This document shows, one piece after another, positions 1 to 11,237 of a DNA stretch of 64,000 nucleotides. Within the stretch, counting starts at the first letter, position 1. Each line of letters opens with the position of its first letter. The notes under the pieces are model-generated. The model did no database searches, was not told the origin of the DNA, and saw only the letters and a program-made list of their open reading frames with translations. This stretch comes from Leucoraja ocellata (Eukaryota). Location: assembly GCA_036785375.1 (NCBI GenBank), contig JAWMAR010002394.1, positions 1 through 64,000 of the forward strand. Direction: 5' to 3'. A program made the translations under genes and the position numbers.

Positions 1-112
1 TCCATCGAAATCACTGACCTCAAAATGAACGATACAGGAAGGTATTACTGCCGAGTGAGTGTTTTCACAGGGGAAACATATAATGGTCACGGCACAGATG
101 TCACGGTCACAC
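1..112 (+). CDS. 3' part of Ig V(J)-type domain exon of receptor gene A (5' part lies outside the window)
   Basis: Frame 1 reads SIEITDLKMNDTGRYYCRVSVFTGETYNGHGTDVTVT: D-x-G-x-Y-Y-C F-strand and J-like GxGT motif. Phase-1 donor C|GTAAGT at 112/113. Near-identical to 30110-30221. Confidence 0.9.
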
Positions 113-569
113 GTAAGTTTACAGAACCTTAACTTTATCTTTACTGTTCTTAACATTCTTAATCCGACTGCACTTGCCTTTGTGTGTCGGAGGGAACTGC
201 AGACACAAAAACTGGAGAAACTCAGCGGGACAGGCAGCATCTCTGGAGAGAAGGAATGTGTGACGTTTTGGGTCGAGACCCTTCTTCAGACTGGTTAGGG
301 ATAAGGGAAACGAGAGATATAGGCGATGATATAGAGAGATATAACGAATGACAGAATGACATATATGCAAAGGGTGTCAGGAGTCAGGACTCAAATTAGT
401 TTTATTGTCATGATTGTCTGAGAAAAGTAACCATGATAAAGGAAACATGCCATTATTCGCTGTTTGTTGTGTGATAACGAGAAGCTGGTGCTACTTGGGT
501 GGGGGTGGGGGGGGGGGGGTGGTGGTGGTGGGGGGGGGGGGGGGGGGGGATAGAGAGAGAGAGAGAGAG

Positions 570-1770
570 GCTGCCGAAATTACTTGAAGTGAGAGAAATC
601 AATATTCATACCACTGGGGTGTAAACTGCCCAAACCAAATATGAGATGCTGCTCCTCCAATTTGCATTTAGCCTCAATCTGACAATGGAGGAGACCGAGG
701 ACAGAAAGGTCTGTGTGGGAATGGGGAGGATAATTAAAGTGTTCAGTAACTGGGAGATCAGGTTGGTGCAGGCGGTCTGAGCCAAGGTGTTTAGCGAAAC
801 GATCGCCCAGTCTGCGTTTGGTCTCGCCGATGTGTTAGAGTTCACATCTGGAACAACGGATACAGTAGATGAGGTTGGAGGAGCAGCAAGTGAACCTCTG
901 CCTCACCTGAAAGGACTGTTGGGGTCCCTGGACAGAGTTGAGGGAGGATGTATTAGAAACATAGAAACATAGATAATAGTTGCAGGAGTAGGCCATTCGG
1001 CCCTTCGAGCCTGCACCGCCATTCAATATGATCATGGCTGATCATCCAACTCAGTATCCTGCACCTGCCTTCTCTCCATACCCCCTGATCCCTTTAGGCA
1101 CAAGGCCCACATCTAACTCCGTCTTAAATATAGCCAACGAACTGGCCTCAACTACCTTCTGTGCCAGAGAATTCCACAGATTCACCACTCTCTGTGTGAA
1201 AAATGTTTTCTTCATCTCGGTCCTAAAAGATTTCCCCCTTATCCTTAAACTGTGACTCCCTTGTTATGGACTTCCCCAACATCGGGAACAATCTTCTTGC
1301 ATCTAGCCTGTCCAACGCCTTAAGAATTTTGAAAGTTTCTTTAAGATCCCCCCTCAATCTTCTAAATTCTAGCGAGTACAAACCGATTCTATCCAGTCTT
1401 TCTTCATACGAAAGTCCTGACATCCCAGAAATCAATCTGGTGAACCTTCTCTGTACTCCCTCCATGGCAAAAATGTATTTCCTCACATTAGAAGACCAAA
1501 GCTGTACGCAATACTCCAGGTGTGATCTCACCAAGACCTTGTACAACTGCAGTAGAACCTCCCTGCTGCTATACTCAAATCCTTTTGCTATGAATGCTAA
1601 CTTACCATTCGCCTTCTCCGGTGAGGACCGGTGTTGCATCTTCTGCGGTTGCTGGGGAAGGTACCTGGAGAAGGGGTGGTCTGGGTGGGAAGGGATGAGT
1701 TGACCAGTTAGTTGAGGAGGGAACGGTCTCTGAGGAGGGAAGCAAAAAGGGGTGGAGATGGGTAAATGTG
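570..1770 (-). mobile_element. Penelope-like element fragment, interrupted by a CR1 3' fragment (~955-1618)
   Basis: Minus-strand QSFQVRQRFTCCSSNLIYCIRCSRC matches the GIY-YIG region at 55669-56382. The CR1 insert (RT C-terminus ORF 1223-1639) is absent from the paralogous copy at 30280-30810. Confidence 0.8.
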
Positions 1771-2501
1771 AGGAACTCCAGATGCTGGTTTAGACCGAAG
1801 ATAGCTGGAGTAACTCAGCGGGACAGGCAGCATCTCTGGAGAGAAGGAATGGGTGACGTTTCGGGTGGAGACCCATTCATCATCTTGACCATCTTCTGCT
1901 TTGATCTGTCTTTTTCACACCTCACGTGCTCTTTGTACCCTTCCATATCTCTAGTCTCCCTGTCCCCAGACTCTCAGTCTGCGGAGAGGAAGTTGAAACG
2001 CCCAACTCCAGTACCAAGTCTGTTGAGCTTCACCCATGCTCCTCTGGGTAGGTCAGACCCTGGACAGGTTTTGTCTGGTGAACAGATGGAGCTGTGTAAT
2101 GGAGATGAGGTTGCCTTCCACTCCTGTGACCACTTGGTGGCTATCCAGTGTGCTTTTGTCTCCGTTGGCTGGATTGATGCTAGGAGTTGTTTAAGGATGT
2201 TAATTGCCTGTCAGGACGCGCGTCCTTGGGTTGAGAGAGGAAGCAATAACGCCCAGGGGAAACGCAGGCAATATAATGGAGAACGTGCAAACTCCACACA
2301 GACAGACAGCACCCGGGGTCAGGATCGAACCCGCGTTGTCTCACGACATTTAAAAGGCGTCTCGCCAAGCATTTGAAACGCTGAGACATAGAAAGGCCAT
2401 GATCCTAACGCGAGTAAATGGGATTGTGTAGATAGGTGTAATGGATGGCATTGACAGGGTCGGCCGAAAGGCCAGCGCCGAGACTATAATATTATTTCAA
2501 G

Positions 2502-2611
2502 TTGATGAATCGACCATACAATCACCGAATCTGATCATAGTTACTGAAGGCGGGACTGTGCGGATAAACTGTACATTTGTTGGCACCACAATCAGTTCAA
2601 TTGGGCACTAA
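2502..2611 (+). pseudogene. Truncated V-exon fragment broken by a CR1 3' fragment
   Basis: DESTIQSPNLIIVTEGGTVRINCTFVGTTISSI, then LINE sequence and TAA at 2609-2611. Upstream 2260-2500 is homologous to the intron before the V exon at 29898. Confidence 0.85.
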
Positions 2612-3601
2612 GATGAGGAAAACCTTTTTCACCCAGAGAGTTGTGAATCTGTGGAATTCTCAGCGTCATAAGGCAGTGGAGGCCGGTTCTCTGGATGCTT
2701 TCAAGAGAGAGTTAGATAGAGATTTAAAGAGAGCGGAGTCAATGGATATGGGGAGAAGGCAGGAACGGGGCACTGATTGTGAATGATCAGCCATGATCAC
2801 AGTGAATGGCGGTGCTGGCTCGAAGGGCCGAATGGCCTCCTCCTGCACCTATTGTCTATTGTCTATTGCCGACACCGGCCAACAATGTCCCAGCTACACT
2901 AGTCCCACCTGCCTGCGCCTGGTCAATATCCCACAAAACCTGTCCTATCCATGTACCTGTCCAACTGCTTCTTAAACCATGGGATAGTCCCAGCCCCAAC
3001 GACCTCTGGCAGCTTGCTCCATACACCGACTATTCTTTCCATCGAAGCGCAATCCAGTTCCTCCTTAATTCACATGCACGCTCCGCTCACTCCGACTCCT
3101 CCATATATCAGGGGTAAATTACACCTGTTCATTACCTATCAGGACGCACGTCTTTGGGATGAGAGAGGAAGCAGTAACGCCCAGGGGAAACACAGGGAAT
3201 AACACGGAGAACGTGCAAACTCCACACCGGCAGTCAGCATTGAGGCCGGGATACTGGCCCTCAGAGGCAGCAGCTGCTTCGGCTATTCCCTCAAGCAATC
3301 AAGGTGGAGATAAAAGGAACAGCAGATGCGGGGTTACAAACAAAAAGACGGAAAGTGCTGGAGTAACTCAGCGGTCAAGGCAGCATCTGTGGAGAACATG
3401 GATAGGTGACATTGTGGAATGCTGAAGAAGGGTGCCGACCTGAAATGTCGCCTATACACGGGGTTTGGAGATTGCAACCTTCACGTGGCCCGCCCTGTTT
3501 CGACGAATGCAATCAACCTGGTGTGCACAATCAAACAAGATCAAATAGAACAAGTTGTCCAACAACTTTGGGCAATGCACGCCATACGCAAGAAGAGGAA
3601 T

Positions 3602-3852
3602 CCTATACATGTTCTCCACAGATGCTGCCTGACCCGCTGAGTTACTCCAGCACTCTGTGAAACGTCACCTATCCATGTTCTCCACAGATGCTGCCTGACC
3701 CGCTGAGTTACTCCAGCACTCTGTGAAACGTCACCTATCCATGTTCTCCACAGATGCTGCCTGACCCGCTGAGTTACTCCAGCACTCTGTGAAACGTCAC
3801 CTATCCATGTTCTCCACAGATGCTGCCTAACCCGCTGAGTTACTCCAGCACT
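3602..3852. repeat. 66-bp tandem array (Penelope-terminal-repeat derived), ~4 units
   Basis: Unit aacgtcacctatccatgttctccacagatgctgcctgacccgctgagttactccagcactctgtga; 22-aa periodicity in ORF 3541-3876. Similar arrays at 9620-9920, 44440-44610 (inverted) and 46675-46990. Confidence 0.9.
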
Positions 3853-4021
3853 TTGAATTCTATGCAAGATTCCCACATCTGTTGTTACTGTTCAGGCAAC
3901 TGAAGTGTGGGAATTTGTCTACGTTTACAATGACAGTGGGAACATCTCGGTGTATAAGAATGGAAGGAAACAGAAAGAAAATGGGAAAGTAATTGGTGAA
4001 CTTGATGTTTTATTCCTTCAG

Positions 4022-4179
4022 GCCGGATCTCTGTAGAAATCCCTGCATGGGGATTACGTTGGCAGCTGGTGGTAATGGGAGTGAAACTTGCAACGTTCAT
4101 TGTGATCAACGTTATAATAGTTTTCATCATCCGCTCATGGGAGTCTTGTGGATTTGCCAGCCGGACAAAAGAAGCCTAA
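4022..4179 (+). CDS. Transmembrane + short cytoplasmic exon with TM lysine (activating-type receptor, gene A)
   Basis: Acceptor ttttattccttcAG|GC at 4021/4022 is phase 1, compatible with the V exon ending at 112. Reads RISVEIPAWGLRWQLVVMGVKLATFIVINVIIVFIIRSWESCGFASRTKEA* (Lys codon 4084-4086). Donor G|GTAAGA at 4194/4195 just after the stop. Frame intact in three copies. Confidence 0.8.
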
Positions 4180-4307
4180 CAGGCTGGTCAAACGGTAAGA
4201 GGATTGCCAGCGCCATGTGTGGGTTGTATTAGCAGCTGAGGTCACTGGACAATGGTGAATTTTATTGTCACCTGCGTGGTGCTACCACAGTGAAAATATT
4301 GTCCTTA

Positions 4308-4585
4308 CAAACTAAACTAAACTAAACTAAACTCAACTCAACTAAAATAAAATAAAATACTCTAAACGAAACTAAACGAAACTAAACTTAACCAAATCAA
4401 ACTAAACAAAATTCAACTAACCTAAACTAAAATAAACCTAACAAAATTTAAACAAACGAATCCAAAGCAAAGCAAACTAAACTAAACTAAACTAAACTAA
4501 ACCATACCAAACTAAACTAAACTAAACTGAACTAAACTAAACTAAACTAAACTAAACTTAAATTAACTTAAATTAACAACTAAAC
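4308..4585. repeat. Degenerate (AACTA)n microsatellite
   Basis: Seen directly. Paralogues at 10375-10520 and 47447-47780; another at 43392-43490. Confidence 0.95.
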
Positions 4586-4614
4586 TACTCTGAAATACAT
4601 TCAGTTCCATTGAA

Positions 4615-4760
4615 ATCCCGCACTCCCTTGGCCACGCTCTCATTTCACTCCTACCATCAAGTGGAAGATATCTGAGTCTGAAAACCGTGACCACAAGGTT
4701 CAAGAACAGCTTCTTCCCTGCAACTATCAGGCTCTTGAACATCACAGAAGACTAGGCTCA
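4615..4760 (+). mobile_element. Rex1/Babar-like LINE 3' fragment
   Basis: Reads LLPSSGRYLSLKTVTTRFKNSFFP, typical of the Rex1/Babar RT C-terminus. Copies at ~10680-10810 and ~47800-47940. Confidence 0.55.
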
Positions 4761-5336
4761 ACTATGAACATGAATGGACTTCCTTGTGTTGCACCAAGGA
4801 TCTTGTATTTTCGTGTTTGCACCAGATACACATTTATTGTTGGTTTTGTTTATTATATTTTATCTAAGTGTGTTGTATGTACAGGCCGGTTACGCTGCTG
4901 CCAGTAAGAATTCCATTGTCCGGTTGTCGGTACAACAAACTTAGATAAAATATAATCAACAAAACCAACAACAAATTTGTAACTAGTGCAAACCCTCTTG
5001 AATCTTGCAACGTAGACTTACTGCAACATAACAAAGGCGACATGGCAGGGAAAACTAGACCGAACCTGGCCAGAAATAAGGAGCTCATCCAGGACTTGGA
5101 TGGTACATGGATAGGTGGGTTTAGTGTAGCTGAGACATGTTGGCCGGTGCGGGGAGTGTGGGCCATAAGATCCTGTTTCCACGCTGTATCACTCCATGAC
5201 TCTATGACTAGGAGCTTTGTGGACACATACTTGACAAGAACTTTAATAACAATAATGTAGTCAATTGTGTTCAATGCTATTAATGTTTTTGCGCCTGTAC
5301 ATGTGATATAATAAAATATCTATTTTATTTTCACAG

Positions 5337-5520
5337 ACCATAAGTGTTGAACTCCCTACATATTTGAATCAACTCATCCAACAGATCAAACCATGAAAAG
5401 CAAACTCATTACTGAATCAACATTAGCTCAGTCAGCTGTGCTGATACTGTTGTGGACCATTTGGGATAATGTAATTTGTGAAATCTTACACTCATTAAAA
5501 CTCCACATTGCCTTCTTGTT
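5337..5520 (+). other. Putative terminal 3'UTR exon of gene A
   Basis: Acceptor tattttattttcacAG (5335-5336), ATTAAA at 5494-5499, T/GT-rich tract downstream. Conserved at 16038 and 48530. Confidence 0.5.
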
Positions 5521-5579
5521 TGTTCGTTCCTGACAACAACAGATTCAAGTCAGAGTAGTTACATTTCAAACGCAGACCA

Positions 5580-5925
5580 TTAGACAATAGACAATAGACA
5601 ATATTTGGTCTACAGTGTACAAGCCCAGCCGCTCCATTCTCTCAGCATATAACAGTCCCACCATCCCGGGAATTGACCTTGTAAAACTACGCTGCACTCC
5701 CTCAATAGCAAGAATGTCCTTCCTCAAATAAGGGGACCAAAACTGCGGATAATACTCCAGGTGTGGTCTCACTAGGGCCCTGTAAAACTGCAGAAGGTCC
5801 TCTTTGCTCCTATACTCACCTCCTCTTGTTATAAGGGCCAACATGCCATTCGCTTTCTTCACTGCCTGCTGCACCTGCATGCCCACTTTCATTGACTGAT
5901 GAACAAGGACCCCCCCCAGATCCTG
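5580..5925 (-). mobile_element. CR1-clade LINE 3' fragment
   Basis: ORF 5566-5982 [15 protein letters not shown]; (TAGACAA)n tail. Confidence 0.85.
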
Positions 5926-7074
5926 CTGCACCTCCCCAAGCGGCGATACCCTGTGAAGAAGCGTTTTCACCGGAAACATCACCCATTCCTTTTCTCCAGA
6001 GATGCTGCCTGACCCGCGGAGTTACTCCAGCTTTTTGTATCTATTTTCGGACAGTCCTCTTGTGTTCCATTTGCCTGATGGATCTCCCGGTTTCAAACCA
6101 TTTTAACTCTCCTTCCCATTCCCACACCGACCCCTCTGCCCTGAGTCTCCTCCATTGCCTGAGTGAGGCCATTGGAGAAACTGGACCTCATTCTCCATCT
6201 CGGTAGCTTAGAACCCAATATTGAACTGTGAATTTTCTAATGTCAGATCACGCCAGTTCAGGCGACAGTTCGAGCTCGACAAACGAATCATCGACACCAA
6301 GGTGTCTCGGCCACAAGATGGTGCCACAATGGTGTGATTTGACAGAGATTGTTACAGGTTGTAATAATAGACCAATAAGGACACTTTGTTAATAGGATCT
6401 TGTTCATGTTCTTTATATAATGACAACAATTTATCGCTGAATGATGTGCGCTGGAAAGTTATTAAAAGTCCTGCTGTATCCGAAACTGTAATAAGTCTCA
6501 TCTGTTACACGGATGTCCATTCTACCGGTAAATACACGTATGTGTCTCATAAGGTCATAAGGTCATAAGGTCATAAGTGATAGGAGCAGAATTAGGCCAT
6601 TTGGTCCATTAAGTCTACTCCACCATTCAATCATGGCTGATCTATATTTCCCTCCTAACCCCATTCTCCTGCCTTCTCCCCATTCCTCTAACACCTGTAC
6701 TAATCAATAATCTATCTATCTTTGCCTTACAAATATCCACTGACTTGGCCTCAACAACCTTCTGTGGCCAATAATTCCACAGATTCACCACCCTCTGACT
6801 AAATAAATTCCTCCCCATCTAGAACCTCATTTAATTCTGAGGCTATGACCTCGAGTCCTAGACCCTCTCGTTAGTGAAATAATCCTCTCCACATCCACTC
6901 TATCCAAGCCTTTCACTTTTCAGTAAATTTCAATAAGATATCCTCTCATCCTTCTAAATTCATGCTGGTACAGGCCCAGTGCCGTCAAACGCTCATCATA
7001 TGTTAACCCACTCAATCCTGGGATCATTCTTGTAAATCTCCTCTGGGCCCCTACAGCACTTTCAGCGGCAGAAT

Positions 7075-7308
7075 CGCAGGTTCGATCCCGACTACGGGTA
7101 CTGTCTGTACGGAGTTTGTTCGTCCTGTTGTCTCCGAGATCATCAGTTAAATCCACACTCCAAAGACATACAGGTTTGTAGGTTAACTGGCTCAGTATAT
7201 ATGTAAATTGTCCTTAGTGTGTGCAGTGTAGTGTTAAAGTGCGGGGATCGCTGGTCGGTACGGACACGATGGGCCGAATGGCCTGTTTCCGCGTTGTATC
7301 TCCAAAAC
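7075..7308 (+). mobile_element. tRNA-derived V-SINE copy
   Basis: B-box-like GGTTCGATCCC, V-domain-like core (ctgtctgtacggagtttg...cacactccaaagac), 3' end gggccgaatggcctgtttccgcgttgtatctc. Confidence 0.7.
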
Positions 7309-7309
7309 A

Positions 7310-9340
7310 CAGAAACATAGAAAATACCATTCGACCCTTCGAGCCAGCACCGCCATTCATTGTGATCATGGCTGATTATTCCCAATCAGTAACCCGTGCC
7401 TGCCTTCTCCCCATATCCCTTGACTCCACTAGCCCCTAGAGCTCTATCTAACTCTCTCTTAAATCCATCCAGTGAATTGGCCTCCACTGCCCTCTGTGGC
7501 ATGGAATTCCACAAATTCACAACTCTCTGGGTGAAATCGTTTTTTCTCACCTCAGTCTTAAATGCCTCCCCTTTATTCTAAGCCCCTGGTTCTGTACTCG
7601 TCGAACATTGGGAATTTTTTTCCAGCATCTAGCTTGTCCAGTCCTTTTATAATTTTATATGTTTCTATAAGATATCCCCTCATCCTTCTAAACTCCAGTG
7701 AATATAAGCCTAGTCTTTTCAATCTTTCCTCATATGACAGTCCCGCCATCCCAGGGATCAATCTCGTGAATCTATGCTGCACTGCCTCAATCACAAGGAT
7801 GTCTTCCCTCAAATTCGGAGACCAAAACTGTACACAATACTCCAGATTTGGGCTTTCTAGAGCCCTGTACAACTGCAGAAGAACCTCTCTACTCCTATAC
7901 TGAAATCCTCTTGTAATGAAGGCTAACATTCCATTAGCTTTCTTCACTGCCTGCTGTACCTGTAAGCCAACTTTCAGTGACAGGTGTACAAGGACACCCA
8001 GGTCTCGCTGTAGCTCCCCCTTATCTAACCTAACCCCATTGAGATAATAATCTGCCCCCTTGTTTTTCCGCCAAAGTGTATAACCCCACATTTATCTATA
8101 TTATACTGCATCTGCCACGCATCTGCCCACTCACTCAACCTGCCCAGGTCACCCTGCAACCTCCTAACATTCTCTTCACAGTTCACGCTGCCACCCACCT
8201 TGTGTCATCCGCAAACTTGCTAGTGTTGCTCCTAATTCCCTCTTCCAAATCATTAATATATATGGTAAACAGTTGTGGCCCCAACACCGCGCCTTGTGGC
8301 ACTCCACTGGCCACTGCCTGCCAATCTGAAAAAGACACGTTCAATCCTCCTCTTTGTTTCCTGTCTGCCAACCAATTTTCTATCCATGTCAACACCCCAC
8401 CCCCAATACCATGCGCTCTAATTTTAGTCACCAGTCTTCCGTGCGGGACCTTATCAAAGGCTTTCTGAAAGTCTAGATACACTACATCCACTGGCTCCCC
8501 TTCATCCATTTTAGATCTCACATCCTCAAAAGATTAGTCAAGCATGATTTCCCTTTCATAAATCCATGTTGACTTGGACTAATCCTTTTACTGCTATTCA
8601 AATGCCCCATTATTACATCTTTAATAATTGACTCCAGCATATTTCCCACCACTGAAGTCAGTCTAACTGGTCTATAATTCCCCGTTTTCTCTCTCGCTCC
8701 TTTCTTGAAAAGTGAGATAACATTAGCTATCCTCCAATCCACAGGAACTGATCCTGAATCTATGTAACATTGGAAAATTATCACCAATGCGTCCACTATT
8801 TCTAGAGCCACCTCCCTGAGAACCATCAGGCCCAGGGGATTTATCATCCTTCAGTCCCATTAGCCTACCCAATACTATGTCTCGCCTAATGAAAATTTAC
8901 TTCGGTTCCTCTACCCTTGTAGATCCTCAGTCCTCCAGTACATCTGGGAGATCGATTGTGTCTTCCTTAGTGAAGACAGATCCGAAGTACCCATTCAACT
9001 CTTCTGCCATTTCCTTGTTCCCCATAATAATTTCACCCGTGTCTGCCTTCAAGGGACCCACATTTGACTTTGCTATTATTTTTCCCTTAACGTATGCAAA
9101 TAAGCGTTTACTGTCCGTCTTTATATTCCTGGCCAGCTTCCCCTCTTACTTCATCTGTTCAGCCCGTATTGCCCGTTTTGTCTCCTTCTGTGATCCCATG
9201 AAAGTTTCCCTATCCTCTGGCTTCCGGCCACTCTTTGCTGCATTATATATTTTTCCTTTTAATTTTATTCTATCCGTAACTTCTCTTGTCAGCCACGTTT
9301 GCCTCCTACTCCCCTTAGAATCTGTCTTCCTTTTTGGACT
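7310..9340 (-). mobile_element. Decayed CR1 LINE ORF2 (RT), 5'-truncated
   Basis: Frameshifted ORFs 7573-8091, 8183-8521 ([21 protein letters not shown]) and 8518-8847 (NYRPV). Confidence 0.9.
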
Positions 9341-10088
9341 AACTGAACTAAACTGATCTAAACTGAACGAAACTGCACGAAACTAAACATTATTGAATCT
9401 CGGAATAGGTGACGTTTCGAGTGAGAACACTTATTCAGACTTTGTGTCTATTTTTGTAAACCAGCATTTGCAGTTCCTTGTTTCTACAATATATACAGTT
9501 GGTTCTGCTATAACTTGACATCTGTTTCTTAAAGCAACCTCGCCATTATGACAATTGGAAACGAGGGTTTGATCTCGAGTGTTTCTGAAATTAACGCTTA
9601 ACCCCCAGACAATTCTCCATAATTGCTGCCTGACCCGCTGACTTACTCCAGCATTCTGTGAAACGTCACCTATCCATGTTCTCCACATATGCTGCCTGAC
9701 CCGCTGAGTTACTCCAGCACTCTGTGAAACGTCACCTATCCATGTTCTCCACAGATGCTGCCTGACCCGCTGAGTTACCCCAGCACTCTGTGAAACGTCA
9801 CCTATCCATGTTCACCACAGATGCTGCCTGACCCGCTGACTTACTCCTGCACTCTGTGAAACGTAACCTATCCATGTTATCCACAGATGCTGCCTGACCC
9901 GCTGAGTTACTCCAGCACATTAAATTCCGTGCAAGATTCAAACATCTCTTGTTACTGTTCAGGCAACTGAAGTGTGCGAATTGGTCTACGTTTACAATGA
10001 CAGTGGGAACATCTCGGTGTATAAGAATGGAAGGAGACAGAAAGAAACTGGGAAAGTAATTGGTGAACTTGATGTTTTATTCCTACAG

Positions 10089-10246
10089 GCCGGATCCCTG
10101 TAGAAAGCCCTGCATGGGGATTACGTTGGCAGCTGCTGGTAATGGGAGTGAAACTTGCAACGTTCATTGTGATCAACGTTATAATAGTTTTCATCATTCG
10201 CTCATGGGAGTCTTGTGGATTTGCCAGCCGGACAAAAGAAGCCTAA
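10089..10246 (+). CDS. Second copy of TM-Lys exon (no V exon of its own seen upstream)
   Basis: Acceptor tattcctacAG at 10087-10088; RIPVESPAWGLRWQLLVMGVKLATFIVINVIIVFIIRSWESCGFASRTKEA*; donor GTAAGA at 10262. Confidence 0.65.
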
Positions 10247-11237
10247 CAGGCTGGTCAAACGGTAAGAGGATTGCCAGCGCCACGTGTGGGTTGTATTAGC
10301 AGCTGAGGTCACTGGACAATGGTGCATTTTATTGTCACTTACGAGGTGCCACCACAGTGAAAATATTTCCTTACAAACTAAACTAAACTAAACTCAACTC
10401 AACTAAACTAAAATAAAATACTCTAAACGAAACTAAACGAAACTAAACTTAACCAAACCAAACTAAACAAAATTCAACTTACCTAAACTAAAATAAACGT
10501 AACTAAATTTAAACAAACGNNNNNNNNNNNNNNNNNNNNNNNNNNNNNNNNNNNNNNNNNNNNNNNNNNNNNNNNNNNNNNNNNNNNNNNNNNNNNNNNN
10601 NNNNNNNNNNNNNNNNNNNNNNNNNNNNNNNNNNNNNNNNNNNNNNNNNNNNNAACTAATCTTCAATACATTCAGTTCCATTGAAATCCCGCACTACCTT
10701 GGCCACGCTCTCATTACACTCCTACCATCAAATAGAAGATATCTGAGTCTGAAAACCGTGACCACAAGGTTCAAGAACAGCTTCTTCCCTGCAACTATCA
10801 GGCTCTTGAACATCACAGAAGACTAGGCTCAACTATGGACATGAATTGATTTCCTTGTGTTGCACCAAGGATCTAGTATTTTCGTGTTTGCACCAGATAC
10901 AAATTTATTGTTGGTTTTGTTTATTATATTTTATCTAAGTGTGTTGTATGTACAGCCCTGTCACGCTGCTGCCAGTAAGAATTCCATTGTACAGTTGGCG
11001 GTACAACAAACTGAGATAAAATATAATCAACAAAACCAACAACAAATTTGTAACTAGTGCAAACCCTCTTGAATCTTGCAACGTAGACTTACTGCAACAT
11101 AACAAAGGCGACCTGGCAGGGAAAACTAGACCGAACCTGGCCAGAAATAAGGAGCGCATACAGGACTTGGATGGTACCTGGATAGGACATGCTTGGAGGG
11201 ATATAGGCAGGTGGGTTTAGTGTAGCTGGGACATGTT

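Noticed and set aside
3993-4232. ORF-track 79-aa Cys-rich ORF and antisense 81-aa ORF, repeated three times
   Set aside because: Off-frame/antisense shadows of the spliced TM-Lys exon. Conservation reflects segmental duplication.
6230-6560. Conserved non-repeat block with CAAGATGG(C/T)G motif, three copies
   Set aside because: Explained by segmental duplication. No convincing splice sites or conserved ORF (broken in the third copy).
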